Position numbers and translations under genes: made by a program. Shown piece by piece: positions 8,942-16,977 of a stretch of DNA of 20,808 nt. Numbering within the stretch: the stretch's first letter is position 1; every line of letters begins with the position of its first letter. The DNA comes from Candidatus Heimdallarchaeota archaeon (GTDB lineage: Archaea; Asgardarchaeota; Heimdallarchaeia; Heimdallarchaeales; Heimdallarchaeaceae): contig JAAFKJ010000158.1 in assembly GCA_021399395.1 (NCBI GenBank), positions 1 to 20,808 on the forward strand, written 5' to 3'. The notes below the pieces were generated by a model, which worked only from the letters and a program-made list of their open reading frames with translations, was not told the DNA's origin and searched no databases.

Positions 8942-9685
8942 CTAAATAAATATTAGAGGGAAGTTCAATATATTCGCTTTGTTCAAGCAGTAAAATGTTA
9001 CGAAGAGCGCTATAAAAAGTAGCCATACTAACACTCTGAACAAATCATTTAAAGCAAATCTAACACTCCTATAATGGGTTCGTTTTTGAATTCCAAATCC
9101 TTTGAAATAAAGAGATTGAGCTAGAAACTCAGATCTATAAATTATTGAAGCTATCAATATCGCTAAGACCTTAGGTAACCACCTGAAGAAACCTCCTTTC
9201 ATTTCCCCTCTTAGCCTTAAGGTTGTAAAAGTATCCTCTGCATCTCTGGCTATCCTTGGAATCATAATTAGAGCTAATGAAGGAATTAGTGCTATTTTCG
9301 AATTTATACGCATATTTTCAAAGAATCTTGTTAAATCTGATGGATTTGTTAGAGTAAAGAACAGAGAGAATCCTAGACCACCAATTAGTAGTCGAGAGAG
9401 AACTCTGAAAACCAGTATCCACCCTCCGAATACGTAAGTAATTGCTCCAAGAATAACTATCGCAGGTATTAAGGCATAAAGAATGCTCAAAGCTCCTTTG
9501 ATGTTTTTGAAAAAAATATTCTCAAAGATTACAATAATAACTAGTAACGCTAATACCCAGTTGATATTTACTACCATAAAACCAAACTGAATTAGAATAA
9601 TCAGAATCCCGATTAATGGATGAACATGTAAACTATCAGGTTTGAACATTAGACCTTGGTAAACTCTTCTAAGCATGAAAGACAT
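8942..9685 (-). CDS. ecfT: ECF transporter transmembrane T component
   Basis: HPL motif, hydrophobic helices, TLTNPSDL, IPRI and the coupling motif LRG; abuts the ATPase gene. Confidence 0.88.
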   Translation of the reverse strand: MSFMLRRVYQGLMFKPDSLHVHPLIGILIILIQFGFMVVNINWVLALLVIIVIFENIFFKNIKGALSILYALIPAIVILGAITYVFGGWILVFRVLSRLLIGGLGFSLFFTLTNPSDLTRFFENMRINSKIALIPSLALIMIPRIARDAEDTFTTLRLRGEMKGGFFRWLPKVLAILIASIIYRSEFLAQSLYFKGFGIQKRTHYRSVRFALNDLFRVLVWLLFIALFVTFYCLNKANILNFPLIFI

Positions 9686-11335
9686 TTAGAGTTCCCTCCT
9701 GAGATATTCGTTCAATTCTGATGGAGTTAGGAAGTGAGGTAATTTGTGCTGATATTGTTTTTCTAATGCTTGAATAAAACGTACAGTTTGATTTGGAATA
9801 AGATCTGTCTGATTCTCTAAAGAATAAAGTACTTTTCTGGGAGTATCCTCCATGAAAATATGGTTGTCTCTCAGAACTATCATCCTATCTAGATGTGGGA
9901 ATATTCTTGGATCATTGGATGCAATAATAACCATTTTACCTTCGGTTTTTGCTTTGTTTAGAAGTTTAAGAAGAATGTTTCTTCCATTTTTATCTAAAGC
10001 AATAGTTGGTTCATCTAATAAAATTATATCACTCTCAAATTGGAAAGAATTAACCAAAGCGATTAGCCTTCTTTCTCCTTCACTTAAATGATACAACTTT
10101 TTATCTATCAGATCTGTTAATTGCATCTCTTCGAAGATAGCTTGTGTTCTTTCTGAATCTTTCAATTCTCGTTCAAGATCTTTTCTGGGTGTTGGTCCAA
10201 TAAGAAAAAGTTTAGCGTTCTCAGGAATAAGTATAATACTTTTACTAGCACTCCTTACTGATTTGATTTTTTTATCTAAAATTGAAATTTTTCCTTTATC
10301 AGGTTTTAAAATACCAGAGATGATCTTGAATAATGTTGATTTTCCGCTACCATTTATACCTGTAAGACCAATTATCTGACCTCTTTGAAGAGTTAGAGAA
10401 ATATCCTCCAGAATAAGTGAACTTTTCTTATTATACTTAAAAGAAAGATTTTCACATTTCAGAACATCCTTATCAAATAGTTCTTCTTCTTCAAACAAGG
10501 TCTCAGATTCATTTTTAGAAATAAAGGTGCTCTTCAGCTGTTTAGATTGTATATCTATAGTATCCTCTAAGCTTAGATATGGAACATCATTTGAAGGAAA
10601 TTCTAGTAAACTTATTTCAGGAGGATCAATTTTTTCTAATAAGTGTAAATGCTTCTTAGGATCTCCATCAGCAATGAGTTTTCCCTTATCTAGAATGATT
10701 AGTCTATCTGCTTTTGATAGGATATAATCTAATCTGTGTTCAAATGCAAGAACTATGTGTCCATTTTCAGCAATGGTCTTCAGAAGATTTACCAATTCAA
10801 TTTCTGTTTTAGGATCTATTCTTGCTATAGGTTCATCGAGAATAAGTATTGATGGTGAAGCGGCTAGTGCAGATGCAAGAGACACTTTTTGAAGCTCACC
10901 AGAACTTAATTCAGTAATTAATCGATTTCTGAGATGACCTATGTTCAATTTCTCAAAAGTTTCATCAAGAAGTTTGTTTATCTTGTTTCTCGGTAAAGCA
11001 AGATTTTCAAGACTGAAAACAATTTCCTCTTCAACAAGTAAAGAAGTTGTGAAATCACTTGGATATTGAGGTACATAGCCTAATTGTTCTATCAAATCCT
11101 TTCTTGATAATGCAGATATAGATACATCATTGAAGGTTATAGATCCGCTAATTGTTGCTTTTTCAAATGATGGAATTAATCCGAGAAGTATCTTTGCTAA
11201 AGTACTTTTGCCGCTTCCACTAGGTCCTGCTACAAGTATAAATTCACCAGGCTTGGCTGAGAAACTAATAGAATTTAGTGCGAATCTTTTTGTTTTATGA
11301 TACTTAGCATTAAGATTCTCTACAACTAACATCAT
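9686..11335 (-). CDS. ecfA: ECF transporter ATPase with two fused ABC domains (A-A')
   Basis: Two Walker A motifs (GPSGSGKST, GINGSGKST), two Walker B motifs (ILDEP, LLDEP), and signatures LSSGE and LSEGE. Confidence 0.92.
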   Translation of the reverse strand: MMLVVENLNAKYHKTKRFALNSISFSAKPGEFILVAGPSGSGKSTLAKILLGLIPSFEKATISGSITFNDVSISALSRKDLIEQLGYVPQYPSDFTTSLLVEEEIVFSLENLALPRNKINKLLDETFEKLNIGHLRNRLITELSSGELQKVSLASALAASPSILILDEPIARIDPKTEIELVNLLKTIAENGHIVLAFEHRLDYILSKADRLIILDKGKLIADGDPKKHLHLLEKIDPPEISLLEFPSNDVPYLSLEDTIDIQSKQLKSTFISKNESETLFEEEELFDKDVLKCENLSFKYNKKSSLILEDISLTLQRGQIIGLTGINGSGKSTLFKIISGILKPDKGKISILDKKIKSVRSASKSIILIPENAKLFLIGPTPRKDLERELKDSERTQAIFEEMQLTDLIDKKLYHLSEGERRLIALVNSFQFESDIILLDEPTIALDKNGRNILLKLLNKAKTEGKMVIIASNDPRIFPHLDRMIVLRDNHIFMEDTPRKVLYSLENQTDLIPNQTVRFIQALEKQYQHKLPHFLTPSELNEYLRREL

Positions 11336-11361
11336 TATCGCCAGATTATTTTAACAGTACT

Positions 11362-12192
11362 TTATACTTGATCTGAGACAGTCTCTTCTTCATTTTCTAT
11401 AAGTGCTTCATCGTCATCTTCATCTGAATGAATGATTCCAAGTTGTCTCAAATATGACACTATCGGAATTGCTATCGCTGCACCAAAGAAGACTTGAGCA
11501 ATATTAAATGGTATTTCTATAGCAGCACCACCAGCTCCAACTCCAAGTATGAAAGCTTGGTAAATAAAATAACCAACAACTATAATCATCCCTCCTAGAC
11601 TGCATGATATTGCCATTTCACCCTTCTCTCCCAAGAAGAAGGTTGCAATTATCATCAAAATACATAAAACTAGAGCTATTATCAACAAAACATATCCAGG
11701 AATAGTCAATGAATAAATCTTATCTTCATTTCCATAAAAAGTAGTTTCAACATTGAAAGATTGATTTGTAAAAATAGCTGAAAAAGTTATCATAAATGCA
11801 CTAAGAATACCAACAACGGAAATCTGAATCCACTTTTTAACCCTCTTGATCAAGTAAAACAAGTATCCTACAACAAATCCTTCTACTGCTTTCAAAATGA
11901 ATGTTGCTGGAGCATAAATACCATACCCAAGAGCTAAATCCGCAAGAGCAGCTCCCACTCCACCAGCAATTGATCCAGTTACAGGTCCTCCAATCAAAGC
12001 TGCTAAGTAAATAAAAGCTTCACCAATATTGAAAAAACCAGATGAAGAGGCAATATTCAGATAGAAAATGGATGTAGATAGAAAGACCAATCCTGTGAAA
12101 GTTACGATTAATGCAATGCTTCTAATTGAATTGACTTCTTTAACTAAACGCTCCCTTAAGATAATTTCTTCCTGAATTTCTTCTGTATTCAT
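11362..12192 (-). CDS. ECF transporter S component, resembling the PdxU/HmpT (pyridoxine/HMP) family
   Basis: GFFNIGEAFIYLAALIGGP...AGGVGAALADLALGYGIYAPATFILKAVEG and C-terminal EIPFNIAQ. First gene of an S-A-T cluster. The substrate is inferred. Confidence 0.88.
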   Translation of the reverse strand: MNTEEIQEEIILRERLVKEVNSIRSIALIVTFTGLVFLSTSIFYLNIASSSGFFNIGEAFIYLAALIGGPVTGSIAGGVGAALADLALGYGIYAPATFILKAVEGFVVGYLFYLIKRVKKWIQISVVGILSAFMITFSAIFTNQSFNVETTFYGNEDKIYSLTIPGYVLLIIALVLCILMIIATFFLGEKGEMAISCSLGGMIIVVGYFIYQAFILGVGAGGAAIEIPFNIAQVFFGAAIAIPIVSYLRQLGIIHSDEDDDEALIENEEETVSDQV

Positions 12193-12199
12193 AACTATT

Positions 12200-12213
12200 C
12201 AAGTTATAACTTG
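12200..12213. promoter_or_regulatory. Perfect 14-bp palindrome CAAGTTATAACTTG, candidate operator of the ECF operon
   Basis: Lies between the minus-strand TATA-like element (TTTTATTAA, 12220-12228) and the S-component ATG at 12192. Confidence 0.65.
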
Positions 12214-12340
12214 TATATATTAATAAAACTCTTTTGGTTTGAATATGAAAGGAAGAGAAAAGTTTCTGCAAATTGGGTCTACTTTAGTTTTCTAAAGAAC
12301 AAGTTATTCATAACAACACGCATTCTCTAATTTGAATAAA

Positions 12341-12682
12341 ATGAAAGGTAAAAAGCTTTTATTCGGATTCAGTGTCGTAATGGTATTCATTTTAGCATCA
12401 CAGTTCACCACTGCAACTCAAATTACACTACCTGAGACAACTATAGCTAATGAGACACCTTTGACATGTATAGAACAATTCCAATATCGCGTCTTGAATC
12501 TTACCGCAAATCATGAATGGCTTTTCAACATGTCACGTATTTGTGATGGTGAATGTAATTGTACAAATGAAATTCCCGACGGTGATCAACTACAAATAAG
12601 AGATAGAATTCAAGAACGTCTCCAAGATTGCGAAAATGCATTTATGCAAATGTTGCTCAATTGTTTTAGACACAATGAATAG
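12341..12682 (+). CDS. Small secreted/membrane-anchored Cys-containing hypothetical protein
   Basis: Signal peptide (MKGKK + hydrophobic stretch + ATQ), six Cys including CDGECNC, and QLQIRDRIQERLQD. Has an upstream TATA-like element and a downstream terminator. Confidence 0.75.
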   Translation: MKGKKLLFGFSVVMVFILASQFTTATQITLPETTIANETPLTCIEQFQYRVLNLTANHEWLFNMSRICDGECNCTNEIPDGDQLQIRDRIQERLQDCENAFMQMLLNCFRHNE

Positions 12683-12708
12683 AATAGAATTTCTATTCTT
12701 CTTTTTTT
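12681..12708 (+). terminator. Inverted repeat plus T-tract between convergent genes
   Basis: AGAATAGAA-T-TTCTATTCT followed by TCTTTTTTT. Confidence 0.55.
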
Positions 12709-12718
12709 CATTTTGAAA

Positions 12719-14056
12719 TCAAATGAAATCAATCAGATTTCTCATTTTCTCTAGTGTTTCATATCCTTTTGTAGTTAATTCAAATTCTTTTCTTTTAGCA
12801 GTTTTAGATGAAATAATTATTCCACGAGCTTCAAGCTCATTAAGATGTTGATAAATAGACTGGAGGGATTGAACTTTACCTAAAGAAACCCAAATTGAAT
12901 ATCCGTAAACTGCTTTTGCCGCAGCTATAAGATTCAGAATTTCAAATTTTGTAGTTGAGTTTTCCGACAAACCCCAGACTACTTTTTTCTTACCTCTCAT
13001 CTGAGCAGCATAAATATTCAATGCATTGAAACCAGAACCTGATAATATGGCCACTGAACTTGAAGCAGAGATTTTATTTTTATCTAGAAGCTGTTCAGCT
13101 GCTACCAAAACAGAAGCTGATGCAGGTTCGATAAATAGGCCCTCTTTCTTGGCTAATAGCATTGCAGCTGTTATCATCTCATCTGCTTTGATTTCTATTT
13201 CACTACCTTTGGTTTTGTGTAATATTTCCTTAACCTCTTCAAGAAGGAAAGGTTTCTCAATATTCAACGATTCTGCAAGATGAGATACTTTAGATTTCTC
13301 TAATGACACCGCATAAATTTCAGGAATCTTCTCAATCCAGCCTGATTCTTGCGCATCAAGAAATCCTTTGAAGATTGAGAATATTAAAGAACCAGCACCT
13401 CTAGGAACTATTATAGCAGTGATATTTTTAAGTTGAAGCACAAGCTCCAAACTTATAGTTTTCTGTCCTTCGATAGTTAAGATATTAACATCCGGTGTTG
13501 CAAGATAATGGTCACTTTTTGAAGCAAGTTCTTGTGCCTTGAGTTTAGCATCATAATACGTATCACCAATTTCTATTACCTTACTTCCAAAAATCTTCAT
13601 CTGTTCTATCTTAGATAATTCAAGATTCTGTGGAACAACATTGATAGTTTCTAAATTAGCTTTAGCTGAATATGCTGCAAGACTTATACCAAAGGATCCA
13701 GTACTAGCTCCGACTATAGTTTTCTTTTTCTTTTGAATTGCATCTGAGACTACTAGCGAAAGAGCACGATCTCTGAAAGATCCAGTTGGATTTCTAAATT
13801 CTAATTTCAACGAGAGATTGCCGTATTTTGGGATGTTTTCTACCTTAATCACAGGAGTATTTCCTTCGAAAAGAGAAATTGGTTTTGTAAAAGAAGGCAG
13901 AAACTCAGAAAGAGACCACATTGTATCCAAGTTTATTTTACTTGAGTGAGGACCCTGAATTGTAGGTACAAAAACAAGATTGTTACATTTTGAACATCTC
14001 AAAGAAGATTCTTGTTCCTTATGACACTCAGTACAAAGTGGTTGCTGTTTCCACAT
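12719..14056 (-). CDS. Threonine-synthase-like (PLP fold type II) protein with N-terminal Zn ribbon and C-terminal winged HTH; probable pseudoenzyme regulator
   Basis: CTEC...CSKC, SLFEGNTP, LKLEFRNPTGSFRDR (catalytic K replaced by R), EGQKT and EGLFIEPASA. The last ~80 aa are PadR/ArsR-like (FEILNL..YGYSIW..SLQSIYQHLNELEARGII..FELTTKG). Confidence 0.9.
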   Translation of the reverse strand: MWKQQPLCTECHKEQESSLRCSKCNNLVFVPTIQGPHSSKINLDTMWSLSEFLPSFTKPISLFEGNTPVIKVENIPKYGNLSLKLEFRNPTGSFRDRALSLVVSDAIQKKKKTIVGASTGSFGISLAAYSAKANLETINVVPQNLELSKIEQMKIFGSKVIEIGDTYYDAKLKAQELASKSDHYLATPDVNILTIEGQKTISLELVLQLKNITAIIVPRGAGSLIFSIFKGFLDAQESGWIEKIPEIYAVSLEKSKVSHLAESLNIEKPFLLEEVKEILHKTKGSEIEIKADEMITAAMLLAKKEGLFIEPASASVLVAAEQLLDKNKISASSSVAILSGSGFNALNIYAAQMRGKKKVVWGLSENSTTKFEILNLIAAAKAVYGYSIWVSLGKVQSLQSIYQHLNELEARGIIISSKTAKRKEFELTTKGYETLEKMRNLIDFI

Positions 14057-14104
14057 TGAGAATAAATAGAACTTACAAGATATAACATTTTTGTAAAACT
14101 TACT

Positions 14105-14305
14105 TTAATAGTCAGTTAATCCGAGGGGTTCTTCACTTTTATCAACATCTATATGACACTCATAGAGCTCTTCAAAGATTTCCTCAAGCTTAAATGACAT
14201 TGGATCTTCAAAGTCAAGGAAGAAATCCACATCCATATCAGCTAAATGTCTTAACAAAACAATCAACAATTCTTTCTCTTTAGGGGAACTAACAACTATT
14301 TTCAT
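14105..14305 (-). CDS. Small acidic hypothetical protein (66 aa)
   Basis: Fills the intergenic gap. Preceded by AAAGATTTTTGT, a promoter-like element also found at similar spacing upstream of the SDR gene. Confidence 0.65.
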   Translation of the reverse strand: MKIVVSSPKEKELLIVLLRHLADMDVDFFLDFEDPMSFKLEEIFEELYECHIDVDKSEEPLGLTDY

Positions 14306-14391
14306 TAATGAGCTTAAGCATCACACCAACAAAAATCTTTCTAAACATAGGTACAAGTTAAGAAAGTTAGCACTTAAATGAACACTGTTTG

Positions 14392-14413
14392 TTTATAGAA
14401 AATATTTTATATA
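14392..14413 (+). promoter_or_regulatory. BRE/TATA promoter of the acyl-CoA ligase
   Basis: TTTATAGAAAATATTTTATATA, 20/22 identical to the hydrogenase promoter element. Confidence 0.65.
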
Positions 14414-14453
14414 AGCAGTATCCAGAATTATTCAAATTAATACAGTGATAACT

Positions 14454-16151
14454 ATGCCAGAAAAGATTTGGAGTTATTGTGAGGGTATTCCAGATGAAAT
14501 AAAAGTACCCGAAATAAGTGTTGTAGATTTATTTCGACAAACTGCTGATAAATACCCCGAAAGACAACTTACTGAATTCTTAGGAAAATTCAAAACTTAT
14601 CCAGAAATGGATGAAGAAGTAAACAGGTTTGCTAACTCTTTACAAAAATTAGGTGTAAAGAAAGGTGACAGAATAGCTTGTTTGATGCCTAATTGTCCTC
14701 AATATATTGTAGCGTTTTTTGCTACAAATTCATTAGGAGCCATTTTTACTGCAATTAGCTCATTATATACTGAACATGAAATTAGATATCAACTTCAAGA
14801 TAGTGGAGCAAAAGTAATTGTTACACTAGATCTATTCTTAGATAAGATTCGAACAGTAAAAGATGAAACTGATGTTGAACACATAATTGTATCTTCTGTA
14901 GCTGATGAAATTTCATCTGTGAAGGGTTTTCTTTATAAGAACGTAATTGCTAGAAAGAATCCTAAAATAAATAATGAAATAGTTTACAAAGATTTCATCA
15001 AAAAAGGAGAAAATAAAAGAATCTTAACAAAAGTTGATGCTAAAAAAGATATAGCTTTACTACAATATACTGGTGGAACTACCGGCATAATGAAGGGCGC
15101 AATGCTCACTAATTACAACCTTATGGCCCAAGCAACAATTCTACCATATTGGGATATTTGGTTACCTGCTAGACCAGAAGGTCAATACAAGATATCTGGA
15201 TGTTTGCCAATGTCGCATATATTTGGCTTCTCAACTTCTTTTCTATGGACAATTGCTGTAGGAGGATTACTGTATTTGGTACCCGATCCACGAAAACTTG
15301 AAGATGTTATGGCAAGCGTATCAAAGTACGGAATTCATTTCATGTTTGCAGTACCCATTCTTTATCAGAAAATCGCTGAACATCCTAATATAGGAAAATA
15401 CAATATGACTTCACTTTACATGTGTATATCTGGTGGAGAAGCATTACCAAAAACCACTTCAGAAAAATTCGAAGCTGCAAGCGATGCTCTACTTATTGAA
15501 GGTTACGGTTTGTCAGAATCTGCTCCTGTAACACATGTTAATCCGGGTAATAAGGATTTAAGAAAAGTTGGTGCAATTGGTATCCCAATACCTAATACTC
15601 TTGCAATGATTGTTGATCTTGATACTCAAGAAGAACTAACCGAGTATGGTGATATTGGTGAACTCTGGGTTAGAGGACCTAGTGTTATGAAAGGATATTG
15701 GAACAGCAAAGAAGCATCAGATGCAGTTTTAGTAAAAGGTTGGTTAAGAACTGGAGATATAGCTACTAAAGATGATCAAGGCTTCTTTTCTATTGTAGAT
15801 CGAGCTAAAGACATGATTAGTGTCTCAGGTTATAAAGTCTGGCCAAAAGATGTCGAAGAGGTATTATTTGCTCATCCAGATATCAACATGGCTGGAGTAG
15901 TACAGCAAAAGGAAGGAGACAAGGAAAAAGTTAAAGCTTTTCTAGTTGCTGAACCCGGGAGTGAAGAACTATCCCGAGAAGAAATCAAAGCTTACTGTAA
16001 GGACAAATTAGCTCCTTACAAGGTACCAACTATCATTGAATACAAAGATGATCTACCTCGTACTGTTGTTGGGAAAGTTTCTCGCAAAGACCTCAGAGTT
16101 CCAGAAACAGCTGCTCCTGATATGAAAAAAAAAGTAATTGAACAAAAATAG
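14454..16151 (+). CDS. fadD: Long-chain-fatty-acid--CoA ligase (ANL adenylate-forming family)
   Basis: LQYTGGTTGIMKGA, EGYGLSE, GELWVRGPSVMKGYW, WLRTGD, DRAKD and LPRTVVGK. The track's GTG at 14445 more likely belongs to a GTGA RBS for ATG 14454. Confidence 0.93.
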   Translation: MPEKIWSYCEGIPDEIKVPEISVVDLFRQTADKYPERQLTEFLGKFKTYPEMDEEVNRFANSLQKLGVKKGDRIACLMPNCPQYIVAFFATNSLGAIFTAISSLYTEHEIRYQLQDSGAKVIVTLDLFLDKIRTVKDETDVEHIIVSSVADEISSVKGFLYKNVIARKNPKINNEIVYKDFIKKGENKRILTKVDAKKDIALLQYTGGTTGIMKGAMLTNYNLMAQATILPYWDIWLPARPEGQYKISGCLPMSHIFGFSTSFLWTIAVGGLLYLVPDPRKLEDVMASVSKYGIHFMFAVPILYQKIAEHPNIGKYNMTSLYMCISGGEALPKTTSEKFEAASDALLIEGYGLSESAPVTHVNPGNKDLRKVGAIGIPIPNTLAMIVDLDTQEELTEYGDIGELWVRGPSVMKGYWNSKEASDAVLVKGWLRTGDIATKDDQGFFSIVDRAKDMISVSGYKVWPKDVEEVLFAHPDINMAGVVQQKEGDKEKVKAFLVAEPGSEELSREEIKAYCKDKLAPYKVPTIIEYKDDLPRTVVGKVSRKDLRVPETAAPDMKKKVIEQK

Positions 16152-16201
16152 AAGCAATAGTACAAACTTCTTTTATTTTTTCATTTAAATTTCTAAACCA
16201 A

Positions 16202-16894
16202 CTATTTTAGAAGTTTCTCTATTCTATTTCTATCTGTTTCTTCCAGTTCATCTAGACCTTTAACATTAGCTAAACTCAGTCTTTTCCAGAAAATACATTT
16301 TTCATGATTCCAACGATAGTTCAGATGGTCCTGATAATAATGTGGTTCGCCAATTCTAACAGTATTCTTCTCAATTTTCAGACCACAGCTTTTGCATGTT
16401 GCTCTACTGCTCTTAGCATACTCTGCTTTCCATTTCAGATCGTCATCATCCGAATCGGGTTCAGAGGCCGCTTGTTCTAGTATGGGATTGATAATTTCGA
16501 TTGGATTCGAGCCTCCTAAGAGACTTTTGTCTAATTGTAAGTGAAATGTATCATAATTGGACATTACGAAGCCTAATTTTGCGGGTTTGTCTAGTTGTAA
16601 TTTTTTCTCCACTACGATTTTTGGTGGTAAACTATTTTCTTTCAAGATGTATTCTGCACATGCTTTGGACATGTGTTTACTAATATCTCTCTTATTGAGT
16701 GGTTGATATTTAATTCCTTCAACTATACCATATGATGTCTGTATAATAGTTCGGTCTAGGTCTTCAATATATTCTCGTTCTTTTAAAACAACAAGGGAAC
16801 CATCTGGTATTTCTTCTGTTATTTGATAAATTTTGAAAGTTTCAGGATCGATGAAATGTCCCCACTCCTCATCGGGATCAAGTTGCATTTTCAT
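16202..16894 (-). CDS. Protein with unknown N-terminal domain and C-terminal PARP-type zinc finger
   Basis: WKAEYAKSSRATCKSCGLKIEK..VRIG...WNHEKC...VKGLDELEETDRNRI matches the zf-PARP pattern CX2C-Xn-HX2C. ATG at 16894 is preferred by TATA spacing. Confidence 0.88.
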   Translation of the reverse strand: MKMQLDPDEEWGHFIDPETFKIYQITEEIPDGSLVVLKEREYIEDLDRTIIQTSYGIVEGIKYQPLNKRDISKHMSKACAEYILKENSLPPKIVVEKKLQLDKPAKLGFVMSNYDTFHLQLDKSLLGGSNPIEIINPILEQAASEPDSDDDDLKWKAEYAKSSRATCKSCGLKIEKNTVRIGEPHYYQDHLNYRWNHEKCIFWKRLSLANVKGLDELEETDRNRIEKLLK

Positions 16895-16946
16895 AGTTAT
16901 CAACAGAGACAATATCGTTCTAGTTTTTATATTTTCTTGAAAGAAT

Positions 16947-16976
16947 GTAAAAAAGAATAGAAAAGAAATAAGGTGG
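16947..16976 (-). terminator. T-rich terminator after the ferritin-like gene
   Basis: The minus strand reads CCTTATTTCTTTTCTATTCTTTTTTAC just after the stop. Confidence 0.5.
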
Positions 16977-16977
16977 A

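Noticed and set aside
12719-14056. Annotation as a functional threonine synthase (thrC)
   Set aside because: The Schiff-base Lys is Arg, the STGN Asn is Ser, a wHTH is fused, and no threonine pathway genes are nearby.
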